Shown here: piece by piece, positions 12,119 through 21,189 of the stretch
Numbering within the stretch: the first letter of the stretch is position 1
Layout of the letters: each line of letters starts with the position of its first letter
DNA from: Moraxellaceae bacterium
GTDB taxonomy: Bacteria; Pseudomonadota; Gammaproteobacteria; Pseudomonadales; Moraxellaceae
NCBI GenBank assembly: GCA_036795935.1
Contig: DAIRDY010000001.1
Location: 1-34,127 of the forward strand
Reading direction: 5' to 3'
Length of the DNA: 34,127 bases
The notes under the pieces: generated by a model
The model's input: only the letters and a program-made list of their open reading frames with translations
Told to the model about the DNA's origin: nothing
Database searches by the model: none
Program-made: the position numbers and the translations under genes

Positions 12119-13468
12119 TCAGTTCCCCTTCTTTTCCGTGAGCGCGTCCACCACCTGCTCCATGCGGGCCGAGCGCGAGCCCTTCACCAGCAGCGTGACC
12201 ACCCCCTCCAGCTCTTTCTCGAGCTCTTCGATCAGTTGCTGCTTGTCGTCGAAACGACGGGCTTCCGCACCAAAGCTGCCGGCGGTGAAGCCGCTGTACT
12301 GACCCACTGCGTAGAGCGCATCTATTTTTTTCATTCTTGCGTACTCCCCTACCTCGTGATGACCGGATTCCGTGGCCTCGCCCAGCTCGCCCATGTCGCC
12401 CAGCACCAGCACGCGGCGCCCGGGCAGACCGGCCAGCAAATCAATGGCCGCCTTCACGGCGGACGGATTGGCGTTATAGGTGTCGTCGATGACAACGCGA
12501 CCGCCACCGAGATCGTGGCTGACCAGACGCCCGGCGACGGGCGCCGTCGCCGCGAGACCCGCGGCAATCTGCGCCAGCGGCACGCCACAGGCATGGGCCA
12601 GCGCCGCTGCGGCCAGCGCATTGCCGACATTGTGATGCCCAAGCAATTGCAACTGCACCGGCAGCGACTCACCGGCGACATGCAACACAAAGCCGTAGGC
12701 ATGGTTCGCGGCCGCATGCACGTCGGTGGCATGCACGTCTGCCGGCGCCTTCTGTGAAAACTCGAGGCGGCGACGGTTGCCGATGAGCTCGCGCCAGTAG
12801 GGCGCGAACTCGTCATCGGCATTGATCACGGCCACGCCTTCCGGCAGCAGGCCGCCATAGATCTCGCCCTTGGCCTCGGCAATGCCGCGACGGCTGCCGA
12901 AGCCCTCCAGATGTGCCGTGCCGACATTGGTGATGACGGCTGCATGCGGCTGCACGAGGCCGCTGGTATAGGCAATCTCGCCGCGGTGGTTGGCGCCGAG
13001 CTCGAACACGCCGTAGCGGTGCTCGCCGGTCAGGCGCAGGAGCGTCAGCGGCACGCCGATCTCGTTGTTCTTGTTGCCCAGCGTCGCCAGTGTCGGCCCC
13101 ATGCCGGCGAAGATGCTGGCGACCATTTCCTTGGTCGTGGTCTTGCCGGCGCTGCCGGTCATGGCCACGCGCGTCAGCGTAAACTGCTCCCGCCAGGCAC
13201 GCGCCAGACGGCCCAGCGCGACAAACGTGTCAGGCACCAGCAATTGCGGAATGCCGGCCGCCGGGTCGACACGGCTGACCAGCGCCGCCGCGGCACCCGC
13301 CTCTGCGGCCCGAGCCACGAACAGGTTGCCGTCGAAATTCGGCCCCGAGAGCGCGATGAACAGGTCCCCGTCACGCAACGTGCGGGTGTCGGTGGAAAAG
13401 CTGGCGACATCGGCATCAAGGCCGACCAGTTCGGCACCCAGATGCATGGCGACCTGCGAGAGCTTCAT
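12119..13468 (-). CDS. murF: UDP-MurNAc-tripeptide--D-Ala-D-Ala ligase
   Basis: Mur ligase with the MTGSAGKTTTKEM P-loop. The ATG at 13468 is preferred over the GTG at 13480, because GGAGGG lies 4 nt upstream and it forms an ATGA overlap with the murE stop. Confidence 0.93.
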   Translation of the reverse strand: MKLSQVAMHLGAELVGLDADVASFSTDTRTLRDGDLFIALSGPNFDGNLFVARAAEAGAAAALVSRVDPAAGIPQLLVPDTFVALGRLARAWREQFTLTRVAMTGSAGKTTTKEMVASIFAGMGPTLATLGNKNNEIGVPLTLLRLTGEHRYGVFELGANHRGEIAYTSGLVQPHAAVITNVGTAHLEGFGSRRGIAEAKGEIYGGLLPEGVAVINADDEFAPYWRELIGNRRRLEFSQKAPADVHATDVHAAANHAYGFVLHVAGESLPVQLQLLGHHNVGNALAAAALAHACGVPLAQIAAGLAATAPVAGRLVSHDLGGGRVVIDDTYNANPSAVKAAIDLLAGLPGRRVLVLGDMGELGEATESGHHEVGEYARMKKIDALYAVGQYSGFTAGSFGAEARRFDDKQQLIEELEKELEGVVTLLVKGSRSARMEQVVDALTEKKGN

Positions 13469-14925
13469 GCCGCCCTCCACTGCGCCAGCGCGGCGCGTAC
13501 TTCCTGCATGTCGCTGAACGGGTGACGCACGCCCGCAATCTCCTGGTAATCCTCGTGGCCCTTGCCGGCCACCAGCACGATGTCGTGGCGGCCTGCATCA
13601 CGGATGCTGTCGTGGATGGCGCGGTGACGGTCGAGCTCGATCCGTGCCGCCGCGCCGGCACCCTGCCGGATGTCCTCGGCAATCGCCGCCGCCGGCTCAC
13701 TGCGCGGGTTGTCACTGGTGATGAGCACGACATCGGCCAGCCGTGCCGCAATGGCGCCCATCTCGGCACGCTTGCCGCGATCACGGTCACCGCCGCAGCC
13801 AAATACACATACCAGCCGGCCTGCGGCATGCTCACGCAGGCTTTGCAGCACCTTTTCCAGCGCATCGGGCGTATGGGCGTAATCCACGACCACGGTCGGG
13901 TGCTCGCCGGTCAGGCTTTCCATGCGTCCCGGCACCGGCTGCACCGTGCGCAGCACGCGCGCGATGTCGGCAGCGGGCAGGCCAAAGGCATGCAGGCCGC
14001 CGGCCACGGCCAGCAGGTTGCTGACGTTGAATCGGCCCAGCAGCGGCACGTCGAGCGCGATGTCGCCATCGGGCAGGCCGATGACCAGCGACAGCCCCTG
14101 CAGTGTCGGCGTCACCCGCAGCGCCGAAATGTCGGCCATGCCCTGCTGGCTGTAGCGCAGGCAGCGCACACCGGTCGCCAGCGCACCGGCATAGCGTGCC
14201 GACAGCGGATCGTCGGCATTGAGCACGGCGGCACGCAGCCCGGGCCAGCGGAACAGGATTTCCTTGGCGGCGGCATAGCTGTCCATGTCGCCGTGATAGT
14301 CGAGGTGGTCACGCGTGAGGTTGGTGAAGAGCGCAATCTCGATGTGCGTGCCGTTTAGACGGCCCTGCACGAGACCATGCGAGCTGGCCTCCATGGCGAC
14401 CGCACGTGCACCGGCATGCAGGTAACCGGCGAGCAGGCCCTGCAGCGTGCAGGCCTCGACCGTGGTGTGCGTGGATTTTTCCAGTTCGCCGGGAAACCCG
14501 TTGCCGAGCGTGCCGAGCACGGCGGTTTTCTCGCCAAGACGGTTCAGGCAGGTGGCCAGCAGGTTGGCGACACTGGTCTTGCCGTTGGTGCCGGTGACGG
14601 CCAGCACGCGCAACTGCCGTGACGGCTCGTCGTGGAAGCGCGCCGCAATCGGTCCGAGTTCCGCCCCGAGATTCTCGATGGCCAGCACCGGCACGCCATC
14701 GATGACGTCATCCGTGGGCAGGCGGGCGTCGGCATCGGCGAGCACTGCGGCGGCGCCGGCGGCAATCGCGGCGGCGATGAAATCGCGCCCATCACGCTCG
14801 CCCCCCTTCACGGCCGCGAACAGCATGCCGGGACGTACGGCACGACTGTCGGTGACGATGGCACTCACCGCGACGCCGGCATGGGCGGCACTGACGGAAG
14901 GCCAGAGTTCGCGCAGGGTCTTCAT
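13465..14925 (-). CDS. murE: UDP-MurNAc-L-Ala-D-Glu--meso-DAP ligase
   Basis: VTGTNGKTSV P-loop and the DNPR motif (TSDNPRSE) that is diagnostic for meso-DAP-adding MurE. Start chosen at the ATG at 14925 (MKTLRELW). The alternative GTG at 14931 would overlap the ftsI stop. Confidence 0.93.
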   Translation of the reverse strand: MKTLRELWPSVSAAHAGVAVSAIVTDSRAVRPGMLFAAVKGGERDGRDFIAAAIAAGAAAVLADADARLPTDDVIDGVPVLAIENLGAELGPIAARFHDEPSRQLRVLAVTGTNGKTSVANLLATCLNRLGEKTAVLGTLGNGFPGELEKSTHTTVEACTLQGLLAGYLHAGARAVAMEASSHGLVQGRLNGTHIEIALFTNLTRDHLDYHGDMDSYAAAKEILFRWPGLRAAVLNADDPLSARYAGALATGVRCLRYSQQGMADISALRVTPTLQGLSLVIGLPDGDIALDVPLLGRFNVSNLLAVAGGLHAFGLPAADIARVLRTVQPVPGRMESLTGEHPTVVVDYAHTPDALEKVLQSLREHAAGRLVCVFGCGGDRDRGKRAEMGAIAARLADVVLITSDNPRSEPAAAIAEDIRQGAGAAARIELDRHRAIHDSIRDAGRHDIVLVAGKGHEDYQEIAGVRHPFSDMQEVRAALAQWRAA

Positions 14926-14927
14926 GC

Positions 14928-16637
14928 TCACACCCCCTGCCCCGGCAACTGGCCCTGGCGGGCGAGATGCTCGGCACTGCGGTCCGGCTCGATATTCATC
15001 ATGCGCAGTGTCTCGGCCATGATGCGCGAGAACACCGGCGCGGCCACGAGGCCGCCGTAGTACTGGCCGTTGCTGGGGCTGTCGATGACCACGGCCAGCA
15101 CCACGCGCGGATCACTGGCCGGCGCCAGGCCGACGAAGGTCGACATGTACTGGTCGGTGGCGTAACCACCACCCTGCGCCTTGTGCGCGGTGCCGGTCTT
15201 GCCGGCGATGCGGTAGCCGGGCACGGCGGCACGCAGCGCCGTGCCGTCAGACGTCACCACCGACTCCATCATCGGGATCAGGCGGCGCGCGATCTCGGCA
15301 TCGAGCACGCGCTCACCCGCCACCGGCGCCTCGACTTTCGTGAAGCTGACCGGACGTGCAATGCCACCGCTGGCGATGGTGGCGTAGGCCTGCGCGAGTT
15401 GCAGCGCGGTGGTGGTCAGGCCGTAGCCGTAGGACATGGTGGCCAGCTCCACCGGCCGCCAGCGCGCCGGCGGCTGCAGGCGGCCGGCGCTCTCGCCGGG
15501 GAAACCGGAGCCGGTGGCCTTGCCGAAACCGAGCCGGGCGAGGAAGGTCGGGAAGGTTTCCGGCGGCAGCGACAGCACGATCTGCGCCGTACCCACGTTG
15601 CTCGACTTGGTGATGATGGTGGCAAGGTCGATCACGCCGTAGTTGTGGTGGTCACGCACCAGCTTGTCGTAGACGCGATAGGTGCCGGGATTGGTGTCGA
15701 AGCGGCTGGCTGGCGTGTACTTGCCGCTCTCCAGGCCGGCTGCCACGGTAAACGGCTTGATCGTCGAGCCCGGCTCGAACATGTCGGTGACGGCACGGTT
15801 GCGCAGCTCTTCCGGCTTCAGGCGCGTGCGGTTGTTCGGGTTGTAGGAAGGCTGGTTGACCATGGCCAGCACTTCGCCGGTGTGCACATCGAGCGCCACG
15901 GCGGTGCCGGCGCGCGCACCATGTTTCTCGATGGCAGTGGCCAGCTCGCGATAGGCAAGATACTGCGTGCGTGCATCGAAGCTCAGGTGGATGTCCTGAC
16001 CCGGGCGCGCCGGACGCAGCAGCGCCACATCCTTGAGCTTGCGACCCTTGAGGTCGCGCAGCACGCGCTTGGCCCCGGGCACGCCACGCAGCTTTTCCTC
16101 GAACGCCAGTTCCAGGCCTTCCTGACCGGCATCGTCGAGATTGGTGAAACCGATGATGTGCGCCGCGACCTCGCCTTCGGGATAGAAGCGGCGGTATTCG
16201 GTCAGGCCATAAACGCCCGGCAACTCCTGCGCCAGCACGGCATCGGCCGCCTCCGGCGACAGGTGGCGTTTTACGTAGAGGAAACCGCGACTGCGGTTGG
16301 CCTCGAGACGGGAGCGCAGTGCTCCCGGTGCCAGATCCAGTGCAGCCGCGAGCTTCGCGGCATCAAGCCCGCGCTCGGCGGCCTCGCGCGGATTCACCCA
16401 GATCGACACCACCGGCGTACTGACTGCCAGCGGCAGGCCGTTGCGGTCGCGCAGGATGCCGCGGTGTGCCGGAATGGTTTCCACGCGCAGCATGCGCGCA
16501 TCGCCCTGCTTGCGCAGGAACTCCTGGTCGACCACATGCAGGTAGGCGGCACGCACCGCCATACCGGCAAAGGCCAGCAGCACGACCGCGCCCAGCAGGC
16601 GGTGACGTCCGGCGAAGACCAGGCCCGGCGCACTCAT
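14928..16637 (-). CDS. ftsI: Peptidoglycan D,D-transpeptidase FtsI (PBP3)
   Basis: N-terminal TM helix, STIKP (SxxK), SSN and KTGTA motifs, collinear with E. coli FtsI. The start is set at the ATG at 16637, which forms an ATGA overlap with the ftsL stop. The upstream 41 codons of the ORF track have no homolog support. Confidence 0.93.
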   Translation of the reverse strand: MSAPGLVFAGRHRLLGAVVLLAFAGMAVRAAYLHVVDQEFLRKQGDARMLRVETIPAHRGILRDRNGLPLAVSTPVVSIWVNPREAAERGLDAAKLAAALDLAPGALRSRLEANRSRGFLYVKRHLSPEAADAVLAQELPGVYGLTEYRRFYPEGEVAAHIIGFTNLDDAGQEGLELAFEEKLRGVPGAKRVLRDLKGRKLKDVALLRPARPGQDIHLSFDARTQYLAYRELATAIEKHGARAGTAVALDVHTGEVLAMVNQPSYNPNNRTRLKPEELRNRAVTDMFEPGSTIKPFTVAAGLESGKYTPASRFDTNPGTYRVYDKLVRDHHNYGVIDLATIITKSSNVGTAQIVLSLPPETFPTFLARLGFGKATGSGFPGESAGRLQPPARWRPVELATMSYGYGLTTTALQLAQAYATIASGGIARPVSFTKVEAPVAGERVLDAEIARRLIPMMESVVTSDGTALRAAVPGYRIAGKTGTAHKAQGGGYATDQYMSTFVGLAPASDPRVVLAVVIDSPSNGQYYGGLVAAPVFSRIMAETLRMMNIEPDRSAEHLARQGQLPGQGV

Positions 16638-16948
16638 TTCTGTCGCACCATGATGATTTCGTGGGGCGCGGGATTGCGCATCTGCAATTGCTCGGTCGCC
16701 AGGCGACCGATACGGCCATAGGCGCCCCAGGCGTGTTGCTCGAGCAGCAACTGGCCCCATTCGGTCTCCAGCCGGTCGCGTTCGGCCTGCTGTTTCTGCA
16801 GGTCATGCAGGTAAAGCCGCGACTTGTGCACGCTATAGGCAACACCAATACCGGAGCTGAGCAGCGTGAGCACGATGACCGCCGCAAACACGCCCCCCTG
16901 ATGCGGGGCCAGATGCTGCTGCCAAAGCTGACGGGCGAGGGCATTCAT
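16634..16948 (-). CDS. ftsL: Cell division protein FtsL
   Basis: Small bitopic protein with a TM helix (VFAAVIVLTLLSSGIGVAY) followed by a coiled-coil (LHDLQKQQAERDRLETEWGQLLLE). The ATG at 16948 is preceded by GGAGG at 7-nt spacing and overlaps the rsmH stop (TGATG). Confidence 0.88.
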   Translation of the reverse strand: MNALARQLWQQHLAPHQGGVFAAVIVLTLLSSGIGVAYSVHKSRLYLHDLQKQQAERDRLETEWGQLLLEQHAWGAYGRIGRLATEQLQMRNPAPHEIIMVRQK

Positions 16949-17889
16949 CAGGCCGCCTCCGCACATTTTTCCGCGACGCGCAGGCGCGCACTGCGGGCCC
17001 GCGGATTGGCCGCCACTTCCGCTGCAGAAGGTTCGATGGCTTTGCCCACGATGCGCAGTCGCGGCTTCAGCATGTCGACGGTCACCGGCAGCCCCGGCGG
17101 AAAATCGTCGCCACGCGCCTCTTTCTGGAAGAACTGTTTCACCAGACGGTCTTCCAGCGAATGGAAGCTGATCACGGCGAGCCGGCCGCCCGGCCGCAAC
17201 GCAGCGAGTGCATCACGCAGGAAAACGCTGATGTCACCCAGTTCGTTGTTGACGGCAATGCGGATGGCCTGGAACACGCGGGTGGCAGGATGCTTGTGTT
17301 TTTCCCAGGCGGGATGTGCCGCCGCAACAATCTCGGCCAGCACGCGGGTGCGGGTGATCGGGGCCTCGGCGCGCGCCCGCACGATGGCGCGTGCAATGCG
17401 GCGCGAGTGGCGCTCTTCGCCGTACTCGAAGAACACGCGCGCCATTTCGGTCTCGTCGACGCGTGCCAGCCAGTCGGCCGCGCTCTCGCCCGACGAACTG
17501 TCCATGCGCATGTCGAGCGGACCGTCGTTCATGAAGCTGAAGCCGCGCGTGGCATCGTCCAGCTGCGGCGAGGACACGCCGAGGTCGGCGAGCACGCCAT
17601 CGACGGCACCCGCCAGGCCGCGCGCAGCGAGCACACGGGCAATGTCGGCAAAGGAGGCATGGATGATGGCAAAACGCGCGTCGCTGGCGGCCAGCGCCTC
17701 GCCCGCGGCAATCGCCTGCGGATCCTTGTCGAAGCCGAGCACCCGCGCCGTCGGGCCGAGCTGTGCCAGCAGGTGCCGGGTATGGCCGCCGCGACCAAAG
17801 GTGGCATCGACGTACAGGCCGTCGCGGGCTCCCAATACCGACACGACCGCCTCATCAAGGAGCACGGTCTGGTGGACGAAGGTGCTCAT
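16948..17889 (-). CDS. rsmH: 16S rRNA (cytosine1402-N4)-methyltransferase
   Basis: MSTFVHQTVLLDEAV...DATFGRGGHT, GVSSPQLDDATRGFSF and ISFHSLEDRLVKQFF are collinear with E. coli RsmH. Start at the internal ATG at 17889 (residue 102 of the ORF track). Confidence 0.96.
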   Translation of the reverse strand: MSTFVHQTVLLDEAVVSVLGARDGLYVDATFGRGGHTRHLLAQLGPTARVLGFDKDPQAIAAGEALAASDARFAIIHASFADIARVLAARGLAGAVDGVLADLGVSSPQLDDATRGFSFMNDGPLDMRMDSSSGESAADWLARVDETEMARVFFEYGEERHSRRIARAIVRARAEAPITRTRVLAEIVAAAHPAWEKHKHPATRVFQAIRIAVNNELGDISVFLRDALAALRPGGRLAVISFHSLEDRLVKQFFQKEARGDDFPPGLPVTVDMLKPRLRIVGKAIEPSAAEVAANPRARSARLRVAEKCAEAA

Positions 17890-17891
17890 GG

Positions 17892-18347
17892 TTACAAGGC
17901 CAGGTTGTCGATGGCGGCAGCAAGCTCGGGCGACGAGAAGTCGGTCTCGTGCACCTCGGCCTGCAGGGCATCCCAGGACGTCTTGTCCCAGATCTCGCAC
18001 TTCTTGCCCTGGCCGGCGAGCACCACGGCCTTTTCCAGGCCGGCAAAGGCGCGCAGCTCGGGGCTGAGCAGCAGGCGCCCGGTGGCGTCCATGCTGAGTT
18101 CGGTGGCATAGCCGATGAGACGGCGCTTGAGGCGGGCGGATTCGGGGTTGGAGGCCGGCAGGCGGTTGAGGCCGGCTTCGATCTGCTCCCATTCCGGGAG
18201 GGGGTAAAGGACGAGGCAGCGCTCGCGCAGATCGACGGTGACGACAAACTTGCCCTGGCAGGCGGCGAGCACGCGCTCGTGGTAGCGCGTCGGCATGCCG
18301 ATGCGCCCCTTGGCGTCCATGTTTAGCTCGTCAAAACCCCTGAACAC
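17892..18347 (-). CDS. mraZ: Transcriptional regulator MraZ
   Basis: MFRGFDELNMDAKGRIGMPTRY matches E. coli [22 protein letters not shown]. GTG start. It is the first gene of the dcw cluster. Confidence 0.95.
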   Translation of the reverse strand: MFRGFDELNMDAKGRIGMPTRYHERVLAACQGKFVVTVDLRERCLVLYPLPEWEQIEAGLNRLPASNPESARLKRRLIGYATELSMDATGRLLLSPELRAFAGLEKAVVLAGQGKKCEIWDKTSWDALQAEVHETDFSSPELAAAIDNLAL

Positions 18348-18377
18348 GTTGCGTCATCCACTCGCTTGGATTTTTCT

Positions 18378-18412
18378 TCCAGAAATCGCCACAAATCTGC
18401 ACTTTCCACCAC
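18378..18412 (-). promoter_or_regulatory. Candidate MraZ operator: three to four GTGG-type boxes spaced 10 bp apart
   Basis: The minus strand reads GTGGTggaaaGTGCAgatttGTGGCgatttCTGGA. The boxes start at 18412, 18402, 18392 and 18382, immediately downstream of the predicted -10. This resembles the E. coli arrangement of GTGGG repeats with 5-nt spacers, and the AAAGTG box reported for other bacteria. Confidence 0.55.
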
Positions 18413-18420
18413 TGCGGCGA

Positions 18421-18450
18421 ACTATAGGGACCGGGCTTGTTCAGCGTCAA
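18421..18450 (-). promoter_or_regulatory. Candidate sigma70 promoter of the dcw cluster (Pmra-like)
   Basis: Minus strand TTGACG (18450..18445), an 18-nt spacer, then TATAGT (18426..18421). It lies about 75 nt upstream of the mraZ GTG and sits at the edge of an AT-rich upstream region. Confidence 0.55.
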
Positions 18451-18775
18451 GGAAGCTTCAGGCGGTTATAAGAAAGGAAAACGCAAAAAAAATAACAGTA
18501 AAATCAATGACTTGACATATACTGCTCAAAATATCAGCAAAGCAGCAAAGCATTATCAAACAATGAGTTACACGCGACTGTTAATCCAAAAAATCACTTA
18601 TCCGCCAGATAAGAATTTTTAGCTATATAGAAAATTTTGGTGTGAACGACTGGCAGTAAGAGCGCTTGGGCAGCGGAGTGGGAACAACACGCCCGACAGG
18701 GCGGCAGGGGCATGTCGGCGCCACGGCCAGGCATGGCCTGACAGCCCGGCGTCCATGCACGGGGCGATATAGAAA

Positions 18776-19146
<371 letters not shown>

Positions 19147-19154
19147 GGGCGCGG

Positions 19155-19183
19155 AGCTTACGGAGGCAGGCCCGTCATTACAA
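19155..19183 (-). promoter_or_regulatory. Candidate rnpB promoter
   Basis: Minus strand TTGTAA (19183..19178), a 17-nt spacer, then TAAGCT (19160..19155). The predicted mature 5' end is 9 nt downstream. Confidence 0.45.
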
Positions 19184-19230
19184 GGCGATCCGCCCGCCGG
19201 GCCGAAGCCGCGGCCATGACCTGCCCGCCC

Positions 19231-20073
19231 TCAGGCATCACGCAGGGCCAGCGCCCGCTCGTAGAGGGCATTCTTTTTCAGGCCGGTCAGCTCGGCCGCG
19301 AGCGCGGCCGCCTGCTTCAGCGGCAGCTCGGCCATCAGGATGCCGAGCACGCGGTCGGCCTCGCGCCAGTCCTCCGCCCCCGCTGCCTCGGGCGCCCCTT
19401 CCAGCACGAGCACGATCTCGCCCCGCTGCTGGTTGGCATCCGATGCCACCCAGGCCAGCATCTCTGTAAGTGAGTACTGACGTATGGTCTCAAAGGCCTT
19501 GCTCAACTCGCGCGCCAGAACGATGCGGCGCCCCCCGCCGAACACGGCCACCATGTCGCCAAGACAGTCCAGCACGCGGTGCGGCGCCTCGTAGAAGATG
19601 AGCGTGCGCGACTCGCTGGCGAGCGCCGCCAGCCGCTCGCGGCGGGCGGCCGTCTTCGCCGGCAGGAAACCCTCGAAAATGAAGCGGTCGGAAGGCAGGC
19701 CCGCCGCCGAGAGCGCCGCGATGGCGGCACAGGCGCCCGGCACCGGCACCACACGCATGCCCGCCACCTGCGCGGCGGCAACCAGCCGGTAGCCGGGATC
19801 GGAAATCAGTGGCGTGCCGGCATCAGAGATCAGGGCGATGTCGTCGCCGCTGGCAAGGCGTGCCAGCAGCGACTCGACCTGGCCGGCTTCGTTGTGGTCA
19901 TGCACCGCCACCAGCCGGGTCGCGATGTCGAAATGCTGCAGCAGGCGCGCGGAATGCCGCGTGTCCTCGGCCGCCACCAGCGCCACCGCCTTCAGCGTGT
20001 CGACGGCGCGCGGCGACCAGTCCGCGAGATTGCCAATCGGCGTGGCCACCACATACAGTACCCCTCCGCTCAT
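19231..20073 (-). CDS. rsmI: 16S rRNA 2'-O-ribose C1402 methyltransferase
   Basis: [36 protein letters not shown] is the tetrapyrrole-methylase-like RsmI N-terminus. The ATG at 20073 is preceded by GGAGG at 4-nt spacing. The 390-codon upstream extension in the ORF track is antisense to lpoA and is rejected. Confidence 0.93.
   Translation of the reverse strand: MSGGVLYVVATPIGNLADWSPRAVDTLKAVALVAAEDTRHSARLLQHFDIATRLVAVHDHNEAGQVESLLARLASGDDIALISDAGTPLISDPGYRLVAAAQVAGMRVVPVPGACAAIAALSAAGLPSDRFIFEGFLPAKTAARRERLAALASESRTLIFYEAPHRVLDCLGDMVAVFGGGRRIVLARELSKAFETIRQYSLTEMLAWVASDANQQRGEIVLVLEGAPEAAGAEDWREADRVLGILMAELPLKQAAALAAELTGLKKNALYERALALRDA
20030..20059 (+). promoter_or_regulatory. Candidate lpoA promoter embedded in the first codons of rsmI
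   Basis: Plus strand TTGCCA (20030..20035), an 18-nt spacer, then TACAGT (20054..20059). It lies about 33 nt upstream of the lpoA ATG. Motif match only. Confidence 0.3.
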
Positions 20074-20091
20074 CACGCCTCCGCTTTCCGC

Positions 20092-21189
20092 ATGTCTGTC
20101 CGCTCCCCAGTCCTGCCTGTCCTGCTGCTGGCCCTGGCCAGTCTGGTGTTGCCGCTGCCCGCCGTCGCGGCCGCCAGTGACGTGGCCGTGCTGCTGCCCC
20201 AGAAAGGCCGCCTCGCACGCGTGGCACAGACCGTCAGGGACGGCTTGCTGGCAGCGTATTATCAGGACAGCAGCAGCGGCGCCGATAGGGTGCGGCTGCG
20301 TTTTTATGACAGCAGTGATGGCGATGTCGCCAGCCTGCTGAAAGAAGTGGTCGCCAACGGCGCCGATGCAGTGATCGGACCGCTGGACCGCGAGCAGGTG
20401 CAGCTGCTGCTGACCGATCCCGCGGGCCCGCCGGTGCCGGTGATTGCGCTCAACCGTGCTGACGGTGGCCGCCCCGGCCTCTATCAGCTGGCGCTGGCAC
20501 CCGAAGACGAAGTCAGCGCGCTGGTGGAGTGGATGCGCGGCAACGGCGTGCGCCAGCCGCTGCTGCTGGTGGCCGGCGGTGACGAAGCCGGCCTGCGCCA
20601 GTTGCGCCTGTTTGAGCAGGTCTGGCGGGCCGGCGGCGGCGATGCCCCCGCACTGCTGACGCTGGATACCGCGGCCAAGGGTGGCGTCGTCGCCGGCATC
20701 AAGCCGGTGGCCATGCGCGCCGGCCGTCATGACGGCCTGTTCCTGGCCAGCCCGGCCCTGGCACGCCAGATCCTGCCGGCACTCACCTATTTCCAGAGCC
20801 GCCTGCGCCTCTACAGCCTGTCCCAGGCCTGGGAGCCGCAGAGCGATGCCAGCGGCCAGCGCGATCTCAACGGCCTGCTGTTCTGCGGCCTGCCCTGGCT
20901 GCTCGATGAACCGCGCCCCGAGCAACAGGCACTCTATGAGGCACAGCCCCGCCCCGACGCCAGCCATGACCGCCTCTATGCCCTGGGTGCCGACGCCTGG
21001 AGCGTGCTGCGCGCGCTGCGTCGGCTGCATGAGGGCGAGCAGCTGGCCCTGCGCACGGGCCGCCTCCATCTCAACGATCACGGACACCTGATCCGCCACC
21101 CCACTTGCGCCGAGGTACGCCATGGAACGGCCACCATCGTGCAGGACGCCGGCCGGCCGGCGCGCACGGCAACACGGGACGGAAGCTGA
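20092..21189 (+). CDS. lpoA: Penicillin-binding protein activator LpoA-like, short form (C-terminal periplasmic-binding-protein-like domain only)
   Basis: Signal peptide [28 protein letters not shown], then [26 protein letters not shown], which resembles the start of the E. coli LpoA C-domain (IALLLPLNGQ...). It is divergent from rsmI and followed by yraN-diaA-dolP, as in E. coli and Pseudomonas. Confidence 0.8.
   Translation: MSVRSPVLPVLLLALASLVLPLPAVAAASDVAVLLPQKGRLARVAQTVRDGLLAAYYQDSSSGADRVRLRFYDSSDGDVASLLKEVVANGADAVIGPLDREQVQLLLTDPAGPPVPVIALNRADGGRPGLYQLALAPEDEVSALVEWMRGNGVRQPLLLVAGGDEAGLRQLRLFEQVWRAGGGDAPALLTLDTAAKGGVVAGIKPVAMRAGRHDGLFLASPALARQILPALTYFQSRLRLYSLSQAWEPQSDASGQRDLNGLLFCGLPWLLDEPRPEQQALYEAQPRPDASHDRLYALGADAWSVLRALRRLHEGEQLALRTGRLHLNDHGHLIRHPTCAEVRHGTATIVQDAGRPARTATRDGS

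Noticed and set aside
18597-18606. A DnaA-box-like sequence, TTATCCGCC, in the mraZ upstream region.
   Set aside because: It has two mismatches to TTATCCACA and is a single copy. It is better described as half of the CTTATC-N5-GATAAG inverted repeat, which is already reported.
18437-18622. A 61-aa plus-strand ORF (TTG start, Lys/Asn-rich) inside the AT-rich mraZ upstream region.
   Set aside because: It has a non-ATG start and no SD. Its composition simply reflects AT-rich non-coding DNA. It overlaps the predicted dcw promoter on the opposite strand.
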